NCBI GenBank assembly: GCA_964187785.1
Contig: OZ076409.1
Coordinates: forward strand, 53,694,001 to 53,758,000
DNA: 64,000 nt
Reading direction: 5' to 3'
Origin: Amphiscolops sp. MND2022
Taxonomy: Eukaryota
Positions 1 through 14,251 of the stretch are shown one piece after another. The translations under genes and the position numbers were made by a program. The notes under the pieces are model-generated. The model searched no databases. It was given only the letters and a program-made list of their open reading frames with translations, and had not been told where the DNA came from. Position 1 is the stretch's first letter, and each line of letters starts with the position of its first letter.

Positions 1-134
1 AGTTGGTTTTTGACAACCTGTACAAGCTTCAAAAATGGACGCTGTACTACTTAATTGTGCATACAAAGTCTGAAAATGTTGTGATGAGTCCTTCAGCGTC
101 TGCCCAATAATAGGAAAAGATTGTTATGATATTT

Positions 135-1500
135 TGAAACAAATAAATCCTCACAAACCAACTGGCCCTTGCAAAGAACCAGCATGGGCAGTTATCGACG
201 GTGCACAAATCTTAGTCCCTCATCTGCCCTTCGTTTTGAATAAATGCAATAAGAGTTGTGTGTTCCCCTCAAGGCTAAAAAGGGCAGTGATAACGCCCCA
301 GGGGCAGTGATAAATTTTGTTCTGTAACACTTCAAGAGCAATCTCGGATTTTTTATCACAGTAAAACGTTAAACAATTGTCAGCAACTGTGGTATATGAG
401 CAGTGTTTCGCTGATTAGTTCTTGTCGATCATTAACATACAAGTAGAAAAACAACGGTTTAATGACTGTTTCGTGGGGAACTCCTTGTTTCACTTCAGAT
501 AGAGCACCATTTACAGACACTTGTTGCAACCAATCTGTTATAAAACTTTCTACGATTTGTATCACTGAAGGCGAAAGCGTAACGACTGAAGTTTCTTGAG
601 AAGATTTTGGTGGGAAAGTGACTCAAACGCTTTCAATAGATCAAGTAGAACAGAATGTACAATATTGCCAATTTCATATCTAATGTTGGATTGTTTCAAT
701 AAACTACGAATCAGTATCTTGCGCAGAAACTTTCAGTCGAAAACCAAATTCAAGTGGTGTGAGTATCCACGACCCTCTGCGTAAGCAGTCATTTGTTGGT
801 GCAAACTTGTCTCGAGGGTTTTAAAGAACGGAAAGTGATTGAAATGGGGCGATTCTTTAATGGGTCCAAGATATCACCTTTTTTTGAAAATTGGGGTGAA
901 GTTAGAAGAAGACTTTTGTCTCAATAAACTGATATTGAATGCAAGTAAAACAGAATTCATTACCTTCTCACTCAAAAGTGATAAACGCCTCAACGACCTA
1001 TAGACAGTTAGTCTCCGCTAGCGTGAAGAAGTCAGACCATTGCCCTTATTTAGGTGTAACCATTGATAAACACCTTGGATTCCAAACACAAGTTACAAAA
1101 GTGCTAAAAAATGGCAGTCGGTAAAAAAAATGATGAACGATACAGCACAAGTTTCCACAGGCGTACTTTTTATGCTTTTCGACACACTTGTGATTAGTCA
1201 CCTGGTCTATTTTCTACTGTTTTTCTCCAAAGTTATTCTTTTATTGCTCTTGCTCTCACTAAAAAACAGATGGTTTGAGCTCTGAAGAGCGTGTTTTTTG
1301 TTCAAATATCAAGTCATCTTATGAATTGAGAAAAAACAAGGGTATAATCAGTATACGTCACTTGATTGTGTTCAAGTCTCTGATTTTCTTCTTTGAGTAT
1401 ATTAATAATGAGAAAAAAAAACATTTCCAAATGCGTTCGAACTACCTATGGCGATAGAATATTACCTACATATCGATGGAATTCCCGTACGAATCAAGTT
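135..1500 (+). pseudogene. Decayed non-LTR retrotransposon reverse transcriptase (CR1/L2-like) with its central part inverted
   Basis: + strand LKQINPHKPTGP...FPSRLKRAVITP (to ~299). The - strand from ~897 to 312 reads TPIFKKG..NRPIS and GVPHETVIKPLFFYLYVND. + resumes at ~900 with LILNASKTEF..YLGVTIDKHL. Confidence 0.8.
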
Positions 1501-2479
1501 ATCTATATGGGTCATATTTTTAACTGTTTCAACTTCTTGCTCATCGTTCTATCCTTGTACTTCACTGAAGTGGATCTCATTACCGCTACATATGCGAGAT
1601 CCAAGTGCAAGCCTACATGTATTCAAAGGTCGATTGAAATTTCATCCGGAAAAAGAGTCAAAAGCAGTTCCTATTCAAGTAGCTAGTACCTGGCGTGATT
1701 TCCGCTTCGAATGAACCTGTGTCTTTCTTTTTCAAAAATGTTTCTGAAACTCGAGAAAAATACGTATGTTTGCATAAGTCATTTACACTTATTGTATGGT
1801 AAGCTGTCAGCTATCCTCATACAATAATATAGTGTCGTCTCTCTCTCTCATACTTCAAAGCAATGCCAAATCAAGAATAACAATTAAAAAACGGGAAGTT
1901 GTCTGAAAAACGGGAATAACGTCTTAAGTTTAGACTTTAGTCACGATTCGGGAGCGCCATTCTCCAGATGTAAATTACGAAAAATTATTGGTGAATGAAC
2001 TAATTAGTTCCTTAGATCTTAGTTACAGAGTGGCGTTTTGATCTTACCCCTTAGTTTGTAGTTCATGCCCACACCTCAATGTTGCCACTTGATGTCAGAA
2101 GTCACTTGGCTTGAAGTCATAAAGCCGTATTTTTTGTTGAATCTTTTTTCATAAAATTTCTGAGCCAAATGACCTTAAAGCCAACTCCGTTCTAACTCAA
2201 TAAAGGCTAAAAACACCTCATTCAAGACCGAAACTGAATTGATTTTCCAACGAAACCCTTCTTAAACAACAAACGGAAAGTATTCCGAAAATATTAACAT
2301 ATTTGTTGTATGTATTATAATAGCTGATATGTATAATAGTAATCCCGATGAAGTCTGCAACCCACTTTCAACTAAGTGATTTTAGGCAAAATGACCACAA
2401 ACCAAGTCAAATCAAATGTTTATGAAAAGTTCTATCTACAAAAGATCTTTTTCCTCTGAACCTAAGGAAACAGATCAGA

Positions 2480-4330
2480 GGCGTACGCGCTGCTTTGATA
2501 AACTACCGGCTCGGTGATCACCGTGCGAACGACAGAACATTCCACAGAGGCGCGTTATCAATATTTCAACTTCCTGCGAGGACGTCAACTACCATGACAT
2601 CCCAGTACAACTGTTTACCTATTTCCCAAAGACTCATAGTAACACCTTCAGGGCGTTTGCCGTCGGTTCGGTACAGTCCACAGGGTTCCACCATTGAAGG
2701 CAAGTCGACAGATCCCAACCTCTACTTTATGAGTAAGTTAAAGTTAGCGTGACGCACGTTGTGTGCAAGAAATACTGTATTAACTGTCTCCTTCGACTTT
2801 TTGAACAGTGGCATATGTGTGCTATACAGATGTTTGTTCCAAGGCTTAAATCGATGAAAATCCTCTGCTACTGATGATCAATCTTCATTCCCAGTTTTTA
2901 CACGTAACGACGTTCAATCACTGCGATCCGAGTTTATCTTGATGTGCGTTCAATATTTTTGATTGTTTTTTGTCCATTTTATATATCAAGTTCTGAGCAG
3001 TACGGCGCAACAGGTGTTGAGTTCAGTTCCTCTGGGTCGTCTCAGAGGGACCTCTGGTTCAATCGTAACAACCAATCCTTTCTCAAGCACTTTATGAACG
3101 GAGGTTTTTGTAAATTGGTCGTTAGGAAGTCATGCCTACAAAAAACCGAAACTAAAAAGGCAGCAAGTGCTAACCATGACGCAAATGATACCCCTAGACC
3201 ACCTAATTCAGCCGGGTAAGTCGAAATTTTATCAAAATTACATTGCACACTTTGGCAAGCCCGCCTTTCACTGTTTTTTCGTTATTTCTGCAGAAGCGTT
3301 TCATGAATGAAACACGTGCTGGTTTGCAGAAAATACAGAAGCTTTGGTAAACTGAAAAAGTTTTGAATCTGTAAAGTCAATTTTTTTCCAAAAAACCGGC
3401 CTGTCATATTACACCTAGCGGTGATCCTAGTTGAGAGGGGAACAACTAGTTCCGCTCTGATCGCAGTTTCAACTCCGAGAAAACGTTCTGAAATGAAAAA
3501 TAAAACCGTTGATTGTCGGTTTTCGATGACATCACCCAAGAATAAAAACTCGCTTTTCAACGTTTTGACTTCGAGTTCTAAATTTTTTCCGCTTCAACAA
3601 TTTCAACATGATTTTGAATCGTCACTCAAGTTCATTTTCGACTCCAAATTACCTACCAAGGCTGGAAAGGCGTCAGAAAGAAAATTGGAGATTCAGCGTC
3701 TACTTGCAGGAATAATCATTCTCAAGACTTGATCACCGAGTCGCCGTAAAAGAGAAAGTTTGGCTCAGTATATGCGCAGTGTGGATACCTGATTTCCGTA
3801 TGGGTTTTCTCAAGATTGAATTTTATGTTGACAGAGTTCAATGCGTTTCGATGTCTATCTTGAGCATCATGTTTTCTTTTGGATGCAAAACAGTGAGGCC
3901 AATTCTGCGCCCCTCTTACTTCAGACGCCTACTTGACAACTTTCGTCCCTCGACTATCGCGATCCAAAGAAAATGGTAACCAGCAAAGTTGACAGAGGTA
4001 ACCAGCAAACTTGACAAACCACCGCCGATGTGTTGCCAACAGCAAAAAGCCAAAAACCTCCATCTGGCGTCTTCAACGCACACATTTTACACAGAAGAAT
4101 TGAGGTCGAATGCCGTCTTTTCCTGCACTAGGTTCGTTGGGGAAGGACATCAGACATTTGTGCACATGAAAATTTCGGACGTTGCAAAATAATCAACATT
4201 GGTCGTGTCCTGAACAGAACAAAATTCAGCTCTGCAGGTAACCCACTGTGGGTACCGCGTAGCTCTTTACAGTAAAATCATCAGTCTTGTTATCATGTGC
4301 AGCCAATCAAATTCCGGCCTGACCGTTGAC
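2480..4330 (-). pseudogene. Decayed CRE-like (RT + restriction-like endonuclease) non-LTR retrotransposon
   Basis: - strand remnants DGG..AVGNT, QVGV..GAELA, FSLPKLLYFLQTS and VEPCGLYRTDGKRPEGVT..WEIGKQLYWDV. Same family as 24126-25730. Confidence 0.7.
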
Positions 4331-4799
4331 TTTGTCAAATTTAGTTCAAACTGAGCGCAATCGTCGATCCAACTCACTTCTCTGTTGCAGGTGTTTCTCA
4401 CGAATTGGTTTTAGACTGTCGCTGACAACATCCTGGATACATCTATTGTTTATCGCGCTCAGTGATTATTTCTGGCGTTAGCCTCCCCCAGGTGATTTTC
4501 CGAGACTAGGCTCAGCGAAGCTAGCAGTATGCACCATAAACATGTATTAGACGGATATCGACAGATATCACGAAGTTTGGCAATCAAAGTTTCAGCTAGG
4601 GGGAAAACGAGTTTATAGGAACTCTTTTCAAATGAACGATGTCTGAGTTGCGCACCGCAGTCAGTGATTGCATAGTTCGAGTTTAAACAGTTCACAGATT
4701 CGTTTTGTGTGTTTTTCACCCGGATTGATACCTGAAAATCTTGCAAGACCTCGGAGGCTGGATTGTTGTGACCTCGTTACCTTGCTATGGGAGTCTGAT

Positions 4800-6080
4800 A
4801 AGGCTATTGAACACTGGTCAGAGTCAAAACCGTTCTTATGAACAATTTTAGTCTGGGCTAATTGAATCTCAAGATCAAAAAGAAGTTAGCTCCAGATGTA
4901 TTCCACTTTGGTGAGCTCGTGTTCGTATTTGGTATTTGAAGACATTGATAATATTTTGTACCATAAGCTGCTTGTTCTGAATGCAGAGGGATTGGCCCAA
5001 ATATGACACGAGTTTGTTCACACGGGGATCACAACGTAAATCTTTAGCTTCAAAATAGTAGCAGGCGAAATAAATTGAATCTGTTTAACAGATTCCAAAA
5101 CAGCCATGGTTTTTTGGCCTTTTCGTACAGTTTTCGACTTGTGCTCGTAAATTTGATTTGTTGTGGTACCGAGCGCAATTGACTTTGTCACGAATCTTAT
5201 CGTGCTTCCTCGGAACACTATTTTCTTCGCATATTCTTGATTTCCTTTACAGATATTTTAAAGATAACAACTTCTGTTTTCGATCACGTTCCAATCTATT
5301 CTGTGTTTTCATCGCAACTTTTTGGAGATGCAAAAGCGCTTCTTCCATCGAGTCACCTGCTGAAACCAGTGTGGCGTCATCTGCGCTTTTTTCAGTTTTA
5401 CCTTTGCCTTCTTGGAATATGTCTGCAACGTTGAAGATTCAAAAATTTGGAAAGAGAACGCTACTTTGGGGGAATTCAACTTCAGTTTGAAGCTTTCTGA
5501 TCGGTTCCCGCCTGGTTTGATGTAAACACTTCTGGTTTGGAGATATTGGTCAATGGTGTTCAGAATGTAGCTGTTTATTCCCGCTTCACGGATTTTATAC
5601 ATTAGACCGTCAATCCGAACCGAGTCAAATGCTTTCTTTCGAATCGCAGCCGCTATTTTTCCTTTCCCAATAATAATTTGACTTTTGTCTATAAATGTGT
5701 AAAAGCACGTAGCAGTGACTCTTCGCCCTTTTGAATCCTTCTTGGCTGTCATCAATTAGAAGTTTCGCACCCAATTCATTTCTTAATCATCTTTCTATTA
5801 TGCGTTTAAATAGTTTTCCTACGTAGGAAGTGAGTGTAATTGGTCTGTAGCTGTTAGCGAAGTTATAGTTTTCTTTGTGATAATTTCGGAGGAAAATAAC
5901 TTTAACTAATTTCCAAGTGTAGGTGCCTGTATGTAAACAGAAGTTTAAAAGCATGAGTCTGGCATTTTTTAAAAAAAATTCCAATGTGAGGAATCTTGAG
6001 TGGGTGTATGCCATCTGGATGGGAGGACTTTTTGCTTGTTTGAGATTTCTTCAGAGCGCTGTCAGGCTCTTCTTCGATTA
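4800..6080 (-). pseudogene. Decayed non-LTR retrotransposon RT fragment
   Basis: PDGIHP, NSYRPITLTSYVGKLFKRII and KKAFDSV..GLMYKIREAGI spread over frameshifted ORFs. Confidence 0.8.
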
Positions 6081-7478
6081 GACTAACCTTGAACTGGATC
6101 AATCCCTCGCCATATCCATTGATCAATTCCCTTACACTAAAGTCTTTGCATACCACGACACCCAGAAATCTTCCTCCAGCTACAACAGACCAAAACGGAC
6201 CGAACTGGTTATTCCTTCACCAAGCGTTACACTGGACACGTCATCTGGTCTCTGAGCGACCACTGCACTCAGCGTTGCATACATTTGCCACAAAAACCAC
6301 CTGCAGCTCGTAGCGTAGCACCTGATCATACACGCGCTGCACTTGGAAGACCCTTGTGATTCAACGCAAAGAAGAGAGCAGCTGAGGCTGCTTCAAGCGC
6401 GTCAGACAGAACCAGTATGTGATATTACACACCTGTAATATAATCATTTACTTTCTCACTTGATTCCGTCGTGAGACAAGTGAGCTGAGTCATCAAGGAC
6501 TGAACTTGAAGTGGTTCAGTTGTTCAGTTGACTTGTGGAGCTTCGTCAAGAATGTCAAGGCTGCAGTTCCATTAATAGTAAGACTTAATCACATCAGGTA
6601 TTGAACTTTGGACAGATGTGCTTCTGTTCCTATCGCCTGTCACTTTCGTCAGTCGTATCCACATCTTTTTGAAATGGTGTCATAATTTCGTCCAAGAGAC
6701 AGTCAACTAGACTCAGGGTTCAGTCTTTTGCATCTAATGGCTCCGATAAAATGAGAAAGACTTCTTCTCGTAAATTGAACAGCAATTGCTCTTGTTCATG
6801 TTGCTGCGCACTCATCGAGATCTCAGCTTGTCTGGCAGTGATCAGCGGTTTATTTGGCATCTTCTGGTAACCTGCTAGCCACAAAACGTTTTTAAAAAGG
6901 GGATGGCCAATGATCAAGAACTGAAATAAAAAAATAAATATTACCAACTGTCGAGTTTATTTACATTTGCAACCAGTTATAGTAATGGTTCAGCATCAGG
7001 TATAATTAGCAACGAGACAAATAACGTCAGTACTTGTCAATATATAAAAATGTGCAACATTGAACACGTCATGTCGTCAATACAGTGGGGTAACAGGCAA
7101 GGCCTTCCAAAACTCGGAAAATGGTGGACAAAATCTCGGGAATACATGGACGAGTTTTTTTGTTCATAACTGAAACTCTCGAAAACGCATGGACGGAATC
7201 AATTTTTCGTAAACATAATCTGTCCATTCGTTTGCCACCAAGTGTGGCCTATTAAGTTGATAGAAATATTGAATATTTATCAAAAATGTGCGAGATATGC
7301 CTATTCAACTAAAAACAGTAATTTGCCGAATATCAGAAGTTTAATAGGCCAATCCAGGTTCTTTTTTCTCCCGAAATCTATTTGAATAATGATTATCATA
7401 CTTGTATCTTTTTTCATCAATAGACCTTATACCCAGCGACATTCTGTCTGATAAGGCTGTTTGATTTAATGACTGATG

Positions 7479-7680
7479 AGGTGAATAGTTGAATGAAGTT
7501 GTTTTTGTTGTAATTGTACAACTATTATACAATTTTTCGTTATGATTGAATAAACCTAAACTCGTATTTTATATCAATTAAGGTGAATAGTTGAGTAAAA
7601 CTGTTTTCGTAGCAATTGTACAACTATCGAACAATTTTTATGTTATGATTGAATAAACGTAAACCCATATTAAATATCAA
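7479..7680. repeat. ~102-bp tandem duplication (2 copies)
   Basis: aggtgaatagttga...ttatgattgaataaac...tatcaa starts at 7479 and again at 7581. Confidence 0.85.
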
Positions 7681-7981
7681 CCATAAGATGATTAGGAGAT
7701 TAGAAGATTAGAAGAACATCATAAGATCTTTCTGGGGGCTAGTCTTTGTAAACAATTTATTAATAAAATACTCATTACTTGTTGTTTGACTCAATTGCTC
7801 AAATCCAATGGCTTCGAATCATTTTGATGGCATTAAATTGTCAATTATTACCAATTCGTTCCACTACTGTTCTTTTGCCCCAAATCAAATCAAAATGATT
7901 CACAGGAGACTGATTCAAACAACAATTATCATAGAAAATATATTACAATTGTTATGGCAAGGGATACAAAAATAAATATAT

Positions 7982-9341
7982 TCAAAAATTAAACTGACTT
8001 CTGCAATTATTGGCTGCGGAACGACGATATTCGTCATTGCCATTTAAATTGTGCTCGAAACAATCGATAGATACTCGCACAGTTTTTAGCAGAAAATCGT
8101 TGTTAATTGAGAATTTTAGGTTTTTGATATTGTGGCAAAAAGTTTTAGGGAAGATTGGAGGGAGCATATCCCATTCTGCATTTTTGTGGAACATTTCTGT
8201 GTAAGGATCAATATGAAATTTGACTTGGTGTCCAGAACCCATCAAAAAGATATTCTTGGAAATTTCGTCACCCCAGCAAATGTCATGGTGGGATATCTCG
8301 ACCAAACGTTTCAGCGCGGACGCGTAATGTAACAATACCTTCTCCAATTTCAACGTGAAGACCGTGCTCCTGATGGTTATCGTAACGTCGTCACCTAATA
8401 ACAGAATGAGAATAAATGAGTTTGATTTCAATCAGTTATAATAAAGTATTAACTACTTGAGGAAGATTTATGAGACAAAGTTTCTATAAGCATGTAGGTT
8501 TTTCGAGAGGAAGTTCGTTACAAAAAACTTGTTTTCAGTTTTTTTTGTTTGGTTTTTTAGTTTAGTAGAGGTTAGACTAGTATTATTTAAATTAATCATA
8601 TACCTGCTGATACAGTACCTTTTTCGTAGGATACAATGTTCAGAAGTTCGTCTTTCTTGGCAAGAATTGCATTATATGCGGCAACATCAATTTTCGGTCT
8701 GGGAGAGTTTATAGTGGCTTCTGGTTCTGCATCTGTTCCTACTACCGTCTTTTTTTGCCGCGATGGTTGGACATCTTCGGGCTCCGAATCAGACTCCGAA
8801 GGCTGTCTGGATGGGTACAGTTCTTCGGAGGAATTTGTTCATCGTCGATTAGCTGGATGTCTTTTGTGTCCCCGTCGAAGAAAAGAGCCATATTTCGCTG
8901 GAATGGGTCATTCATGACAACATTACCCGACTTCAGCAACTTCGACTCCTCGTCATCATTTCTAACTTGTTCTAAACTAGGGATGTCCGCAGGTGATTTC
9001 TGGGACGTCCCGGTGAAAAATATTCTGTCCCCTAGTTGGCGCTTTCTTGGGTCGGGGATGTCAAAAACGGTTTCTGCTGGCTTCTTGGATTTTCGGGGAC
9101 CGCAGACATCTTGTAGTACTATACAATTTCTTACAGGCCAGCAATTTTGAGGTGTCTTGGAAGACACTTCAATTCTGTTTGATCCGAATCGCTTCACAAG
9201 TTTATCTGGTCAGTTGAGGTACTTTACTCGGATTCCAAAAGATCCTTCAAACCCAATGATGCGAGCATCTTCCCAAATTTTTGTTGCAGGATCCAAAACT
9301 TGAACTTGTTTGTTCATATCAAAAACACTGATGGAGTCCAT
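7982..9341 (-). pseudogene. Two-exon disrupted gene with an N-terminal Tudor/chromo-barrel-like segment
   Basis: ATG at 9341: MDSISVFDMNKQVQVLDPATKIWEDARIIGFEGSFGIRVKYLN* (stop where W is expected), continuing into ORF 8742-9197. GT..AG intron ~8603-8395, then an exon overlapping ORF 7982-8431. Confidence 0.45.
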
Positions 9342-9652
9342 TTCAATTATAAAATTAGTGTTTCACTTTTTCGAGAAATTTTTTTCATATTCGAGTTTTT
9401 TCAGTATTGCAATTGCCACCAATGTGTATCACGCCAATCAGGTTTGAGCAAATGAAATTGTTATCAAAACAAACGTTTATCAAGTGAGTTTGTTCGAACC
9501 CAATCGTTACATACAGATGTAATTTAATTGTCAGACGCGTTTTAAATGACAAAACACCACCAGACACTTTTGCACGAAATATCAAAAACGTAACACGAAA
9601 CTTTTATAACTTTTTTCAAACGCTTTGCCAACAAAGCAGACGCATTTTAAAA

Positions 9653-11960
9653 ATGGAAACGCTAGTGTAAAAACGCTAAAGTGTCAAAATACTTGAAAAA
9701 AACTCCAACTACTAGATGAATTTCCAATATATTTTTCGACGTACGACAATCAGCATGACAAAACACCCCGAGAAGCTTTTGCACGATTACACTAAAACAA
9801 TTGAAGGAAAAAGTTTTTTGGATGCTAAAATTTTGGATGTGTTTGCTGGGCATGTTATAAGGGAGAACTCTTGAAAACTGAAGAGCGCGATCGATATAGT
9901 AACGGAAGGAACTGGATTAAAACTCGAAGATTGTTTAATAAATAAGCAAAAAAACTTGCTTCGTTGCAGTTGGAATAATGCAAATAAGAATTATTCGTGG
10001 TTTACAAAGTAGGTTTCCATGGACACAATTGCGAAGAGGATACGTGTCCTACTTTTTCCAAATTACGCTGCAGCTAATTCCCGACTCACAATCTTTTGTC
10101 AATCAACTTTCAATCCCAAGCCCAGTGGAGCAGATTTTTCAACCTAAATCAGGTTTCAGTCAGAAGATGCATAAAATTCTCGCAACATTAGCAGCTACCG
10201 AAAAAAAAACGGATTCATGCTAAAGCGCAGAACTCTGTATCAATTTGAAGCCAAGGCTCTGCTGAATGGTGTTTTTTCAAACTGTTTATCGGACGAAAAA
10301 CTGAAGTCAGACATATTTATCTGTAATAAAACTGGTAGTTGGATAAATATGGTCAACACGCTGAAAAAAACTTTCCATATTGATGGACTGGGACAAAACA
10401 ACTAACTTCTGGCTATACGGCGATCAAAGTGATGTCGAAACCAATCATTTCAAAGTTTATATCCCTATTCAAACCAAAAAACATTTTCTCGGTATTCAAA
10501 ATTGATCTTGTACGTTGTATCAGAGTCATGACATTCATTCTGTTAAAAGGAAGAACTCATTGGCAAGGTCTGAAAGTTGATATTTGGGAAGATGGTGTTC
10601 AAATAGGAAAAAAGGATCAAACTCGAATGGGCTTCCATTTTCTCGAAGGAACATTTATCAGCAATCAGTCATCAGATGCACTCTTCTCCTCTGCTGTTTT
10701 CCAACGTATGTTCTGCTATTTTGACAACATTATCTGCTGAATCCCAATATCTAATTTAGCCCTAAGTTAGTTTTGCACTTTTTACAATACGGTATGTTTT
10801 GCTATTTTGACAAGATTCCCTGCTGAATCCCAATATCAATTTTAACTCTGAGTTAGCTTTGCATTTTTTACAATACGTATTTACAGGTCACGACGGTTGC
10901 TAGAACAAAATGTCGGGTACCTGGAACTAGGTGAGCAAGATTCCTCTTGACTTTACCAGCAGACGAAACAACTCCATGACGTAGGAGTCCTTTTAACACA
11001 CAGTGGAAATCAGTGATTCCTAAATCGCCTTTTCATCAGAACCTCTGTTGATCACATGGAGAGTGAAGATGAGAGTGAAGAAACTGCAGATGTCTCTTGG
11101 GAAAGACGACTCAGTTAAACCAGAAACTGTGCACGAAAAAAATAGGCATTGAGGTGATGTTCGCCTACCATTTCCAGTCGCCGTTCCTTCTGAAAGTTTG
11201 ACGTTTTTGCCAGACATCAGATGCGTTTGTCATGCAATAACAAGGTGTGTTGAGGGAGACATTAGAAAGTTCATGGAGTTGAACATTCTCCAATCCGAAG
11301 ATGACCCAGTTACAGTTGATTTTATTAGGGAAAAGTTTCAGCGCAATTTGACCGAGAGAGGTTGGAAAGAGCCGGGCTTCGAATTTGACATCGACAAACG
11401 CAACAAAAATTTTGCTCCCACTTCCCTTAGTGGCAGAGAAGCAATCACTGGCACTGCTGATATGTACGAACTTGCTGAGGCTGGTGTTCTGCATGAACTG
11501 CTTGAGGGAGTTTTTTCCGAGAACAAGACTATTGGAGCCTTGTCGGGCAAGTCACTAAATCAGCTTACAGTACTGATGAGGACTAGGAGAAAGTTCCAAG
11601 AACGGGACATTTCCGAATATATATAATGGTCAGAAATCCACTATCACCTTTCGATTGTACTGTTTGATGTGAAACTAGGTCTGACACCATACAAACTGAA
11701 AGCGTGCCTGATTCCCCAGCTGTTAGACGGAGGCTATATTGAATCACTTTTTAACCACCTGTGCCCAGGCCCCGAAAAATCAAATCATCATGTCCATAAA
11801 GATTTTCAGCAAAAAATCATGCGAGGGGAAGGACAGTTCGACACGTCGACCCGATGCTTCTCGAAATGTTGTTCACTTTCTGTTCTGGTCTCCGGTTTTT
11901 GACTTTGGAAGGCACCATCGACGAACAGCTCTCACTTTGCCATCAACGGCTATTTATTGA
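9653..11960 (+). pseudogene. Disrupted Transib/Chapaev/RAG1-like DDE transposase
   Basis: CVCWACY near the N-terminus, KVDIWEDG (first Asp), CHAITRCVE, SLSGREA, LTPYKLK..IPQLL..NHLCPGPEKSNH (Glu helix). Intron 10706-10886. Many frameshifts and stops. Confidence 0.55.
10706..10877. repeat. 86-bp tandem duplication forming most of the transposase intron
   Basis: gtatgtt[ct]tgctattttgacaa...tttttacaatacg at 10706 and 10792. Confidence 0.85.
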
Positions 11961-14251
11961 ACCCGTAGAGGTGAACCTGTCTTTGTTGGACTCCCTTGGA
12001 CCAATATAGAAAGCCATCAATTCCGTTGGAAAAGTCCGACAGAAGTCCCGCCTTTTCTTGGGTAAGGATTTTTGTCCTACCTATAAGCCCATGTCCAGTT
12101 TTTTTTGTTATGAAACCTAAGTAGTCCTAATTAGGCGGCGAATTATAGTTGGATAAACCGACAAAATAGTGTGGGTTTTGTGCCTTTCTTGTGATTCCGA
12201 AAAAAGTGTATGTGATCAAATAAATGTTTGCCTTGAGATTTGCTTAATGTACACGTTGATAACTATTAGTCCTAAGTAACTCGGATGAATTACTTCCTCA
12301 AAACAGCGACAGATTTCAAGTAGTGGTTAGTGGTTACTTCGTGCGTCGTTCCGTCGTTCTGCCGCTCGTTCTCTCTTGGTAAACAGTTTCGCTTCTCTGC
12401 GCCGCTGTTGGTGCAGCCTTGGGTAGCCAGTGGCTGGTATTGTGTGTGGTCGCCGTTGGCTGGTATTACTTGCCACAGATGTGGGTTGCCGGTGAGGGCC
12501 GCGCAGTCAACAACTGTGGCAATTAGTGAGTAGATTGAGATTTGAATTCTCTCTGGCGGAGAAAGAAATCCAGTCTTAATCTACTTACATTTATGTTTTC
12601 AACTTATTATTTGCAATTAGTTTTTCGCCTAACAGTGAGCACTGAATGATGTAATTACGTACCTTTTCAGCACGCTCGTAGCAAATGAAACTGAATACAG
12701 TAGTCATATTATTAAAAGCAACAAAAGGCAAATTTCAAAATCGAATATCTACCAAAAATCAGCGACTTTTGAAAAGCGATAAGGGTAAAGGTTTCTAGGA
12801 TTTTTATGTAGTTTACAAATTGAGGTTTATCTGACTTTTGATTTAGTTTTGATGAAAATTGTCTGAACATTTTAGGTTCCATTAACCCCCTGATTTAACT
12901 GAAGCCCCTGATATGTTTTGATTGAGGAATTACTCTAAAATCTCAGAGAAAATACGCTGTAAAAGTAGGTTTTTTCGAAAATACTAATCTTTTAAAAATA
13001 TCAAAACTGTACATGCAAAATCGTCTTAGAATTATACGGCAATAAGCACGTTCGGCAAATGGAAGGACATTCTTAGAAACTTTTTGTTACATATTCGAAG
13101 TTCGGTTTATAACCAATTGTTGTCACAGAACTAAGTAATATACCGTTTGCTTCAGTATCGAGATTCTTTCTGCATGGAAAATTCAATGAAAAGCAACGAA
13201 TTCAACATGAAAACCAAAATGGAAAACTCTTGCAGCCGCTGAGTGTCTCGAAAAAGTAATCAGAAAAGCGGGGGGATAATTCTAGAGCAAGCAGCTTTGA
13301 ATACGCTTCTCTCCAGACACTTCAAGTTGCCACGCATTTACGTAGTTTTCTAAAATGGCACAGATCTTATTAGTGCAACGACGTCGTGTGAAACCTTGCC
13401 ACAAGTGACAGAAGTTCTGGCCAAAGGAAAATGCGGAAAAAGAAAACTAAATGAACCATGTCGAACAAGTTACGTTTTATGACACTTGGCCAGTTGTCGA
13501 CTTACGTTTCTATCCGTTGACTAAATCTTGAAAAGTATCGAACCTTCAACAATTTCGGAGTCTTTTGCGTTCAAACCAGGGCCAGACATCCCATCAACTA
13601 CTGTTCGTGATCATCGCAAAAGTTTCCTTCTTCTAAGAAATCATGAACTACAAAACACAACTTCAGCTATAATTCCGGTACTTCACAAACGACGAGAGTT
13701 GCTGAAGAAGCGTGGAAAAGAAAAAATTGGATGACGCTCAGGAAGAACACGACGAATCATCCTCAGAGTCATTGGACTGAGAATAATTTGATAATCATAA
13801 ATGATCAAAGTTGAAAACGTTGATTCAAACAACATTAAAGTATTTTTATCTGTTGTTTTTATGGTCACACTTTAATTGAGACATTCGAACTGTTCTAATA
13901 AAGTTCAAAATATAAACGTAGCAAAACGTAGTAGCGCAAAATACTAAACAAAAGATAGAAAAGTCAGAATAAAAATCTTTCAAAGACTAAGACATGAAAT
14001 TCACATAATTCTAAAGCATTACAGTAAACTTCGTCTGAATTCACTCCTTGGGGACTGCAAAAAATTTTGAAATTAAAACAAGTACTGAAATACTTCGTTG
14101 AAAACAATTTTCAATTTTTAATAATAATATACAAAAATACAATAAAATATAATATTATTATAGATGTTTAGAACTTGTAAAGCATTCTATTTTATCTCGA
14201 AATTGGTTTTCAACGAACTAATCTACAAAGAGTCCACAAAGTGTTTCTATC

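Noticed and set aside
6310..6480. Possible solo LTR
   Set aside because: No TG..CA boundaries with a TSD could be defined.
12300..13750. Possible additional decayed cargo ORFs
   Set aside because: Coding-like composition but no recognisable motif or consistent frame.
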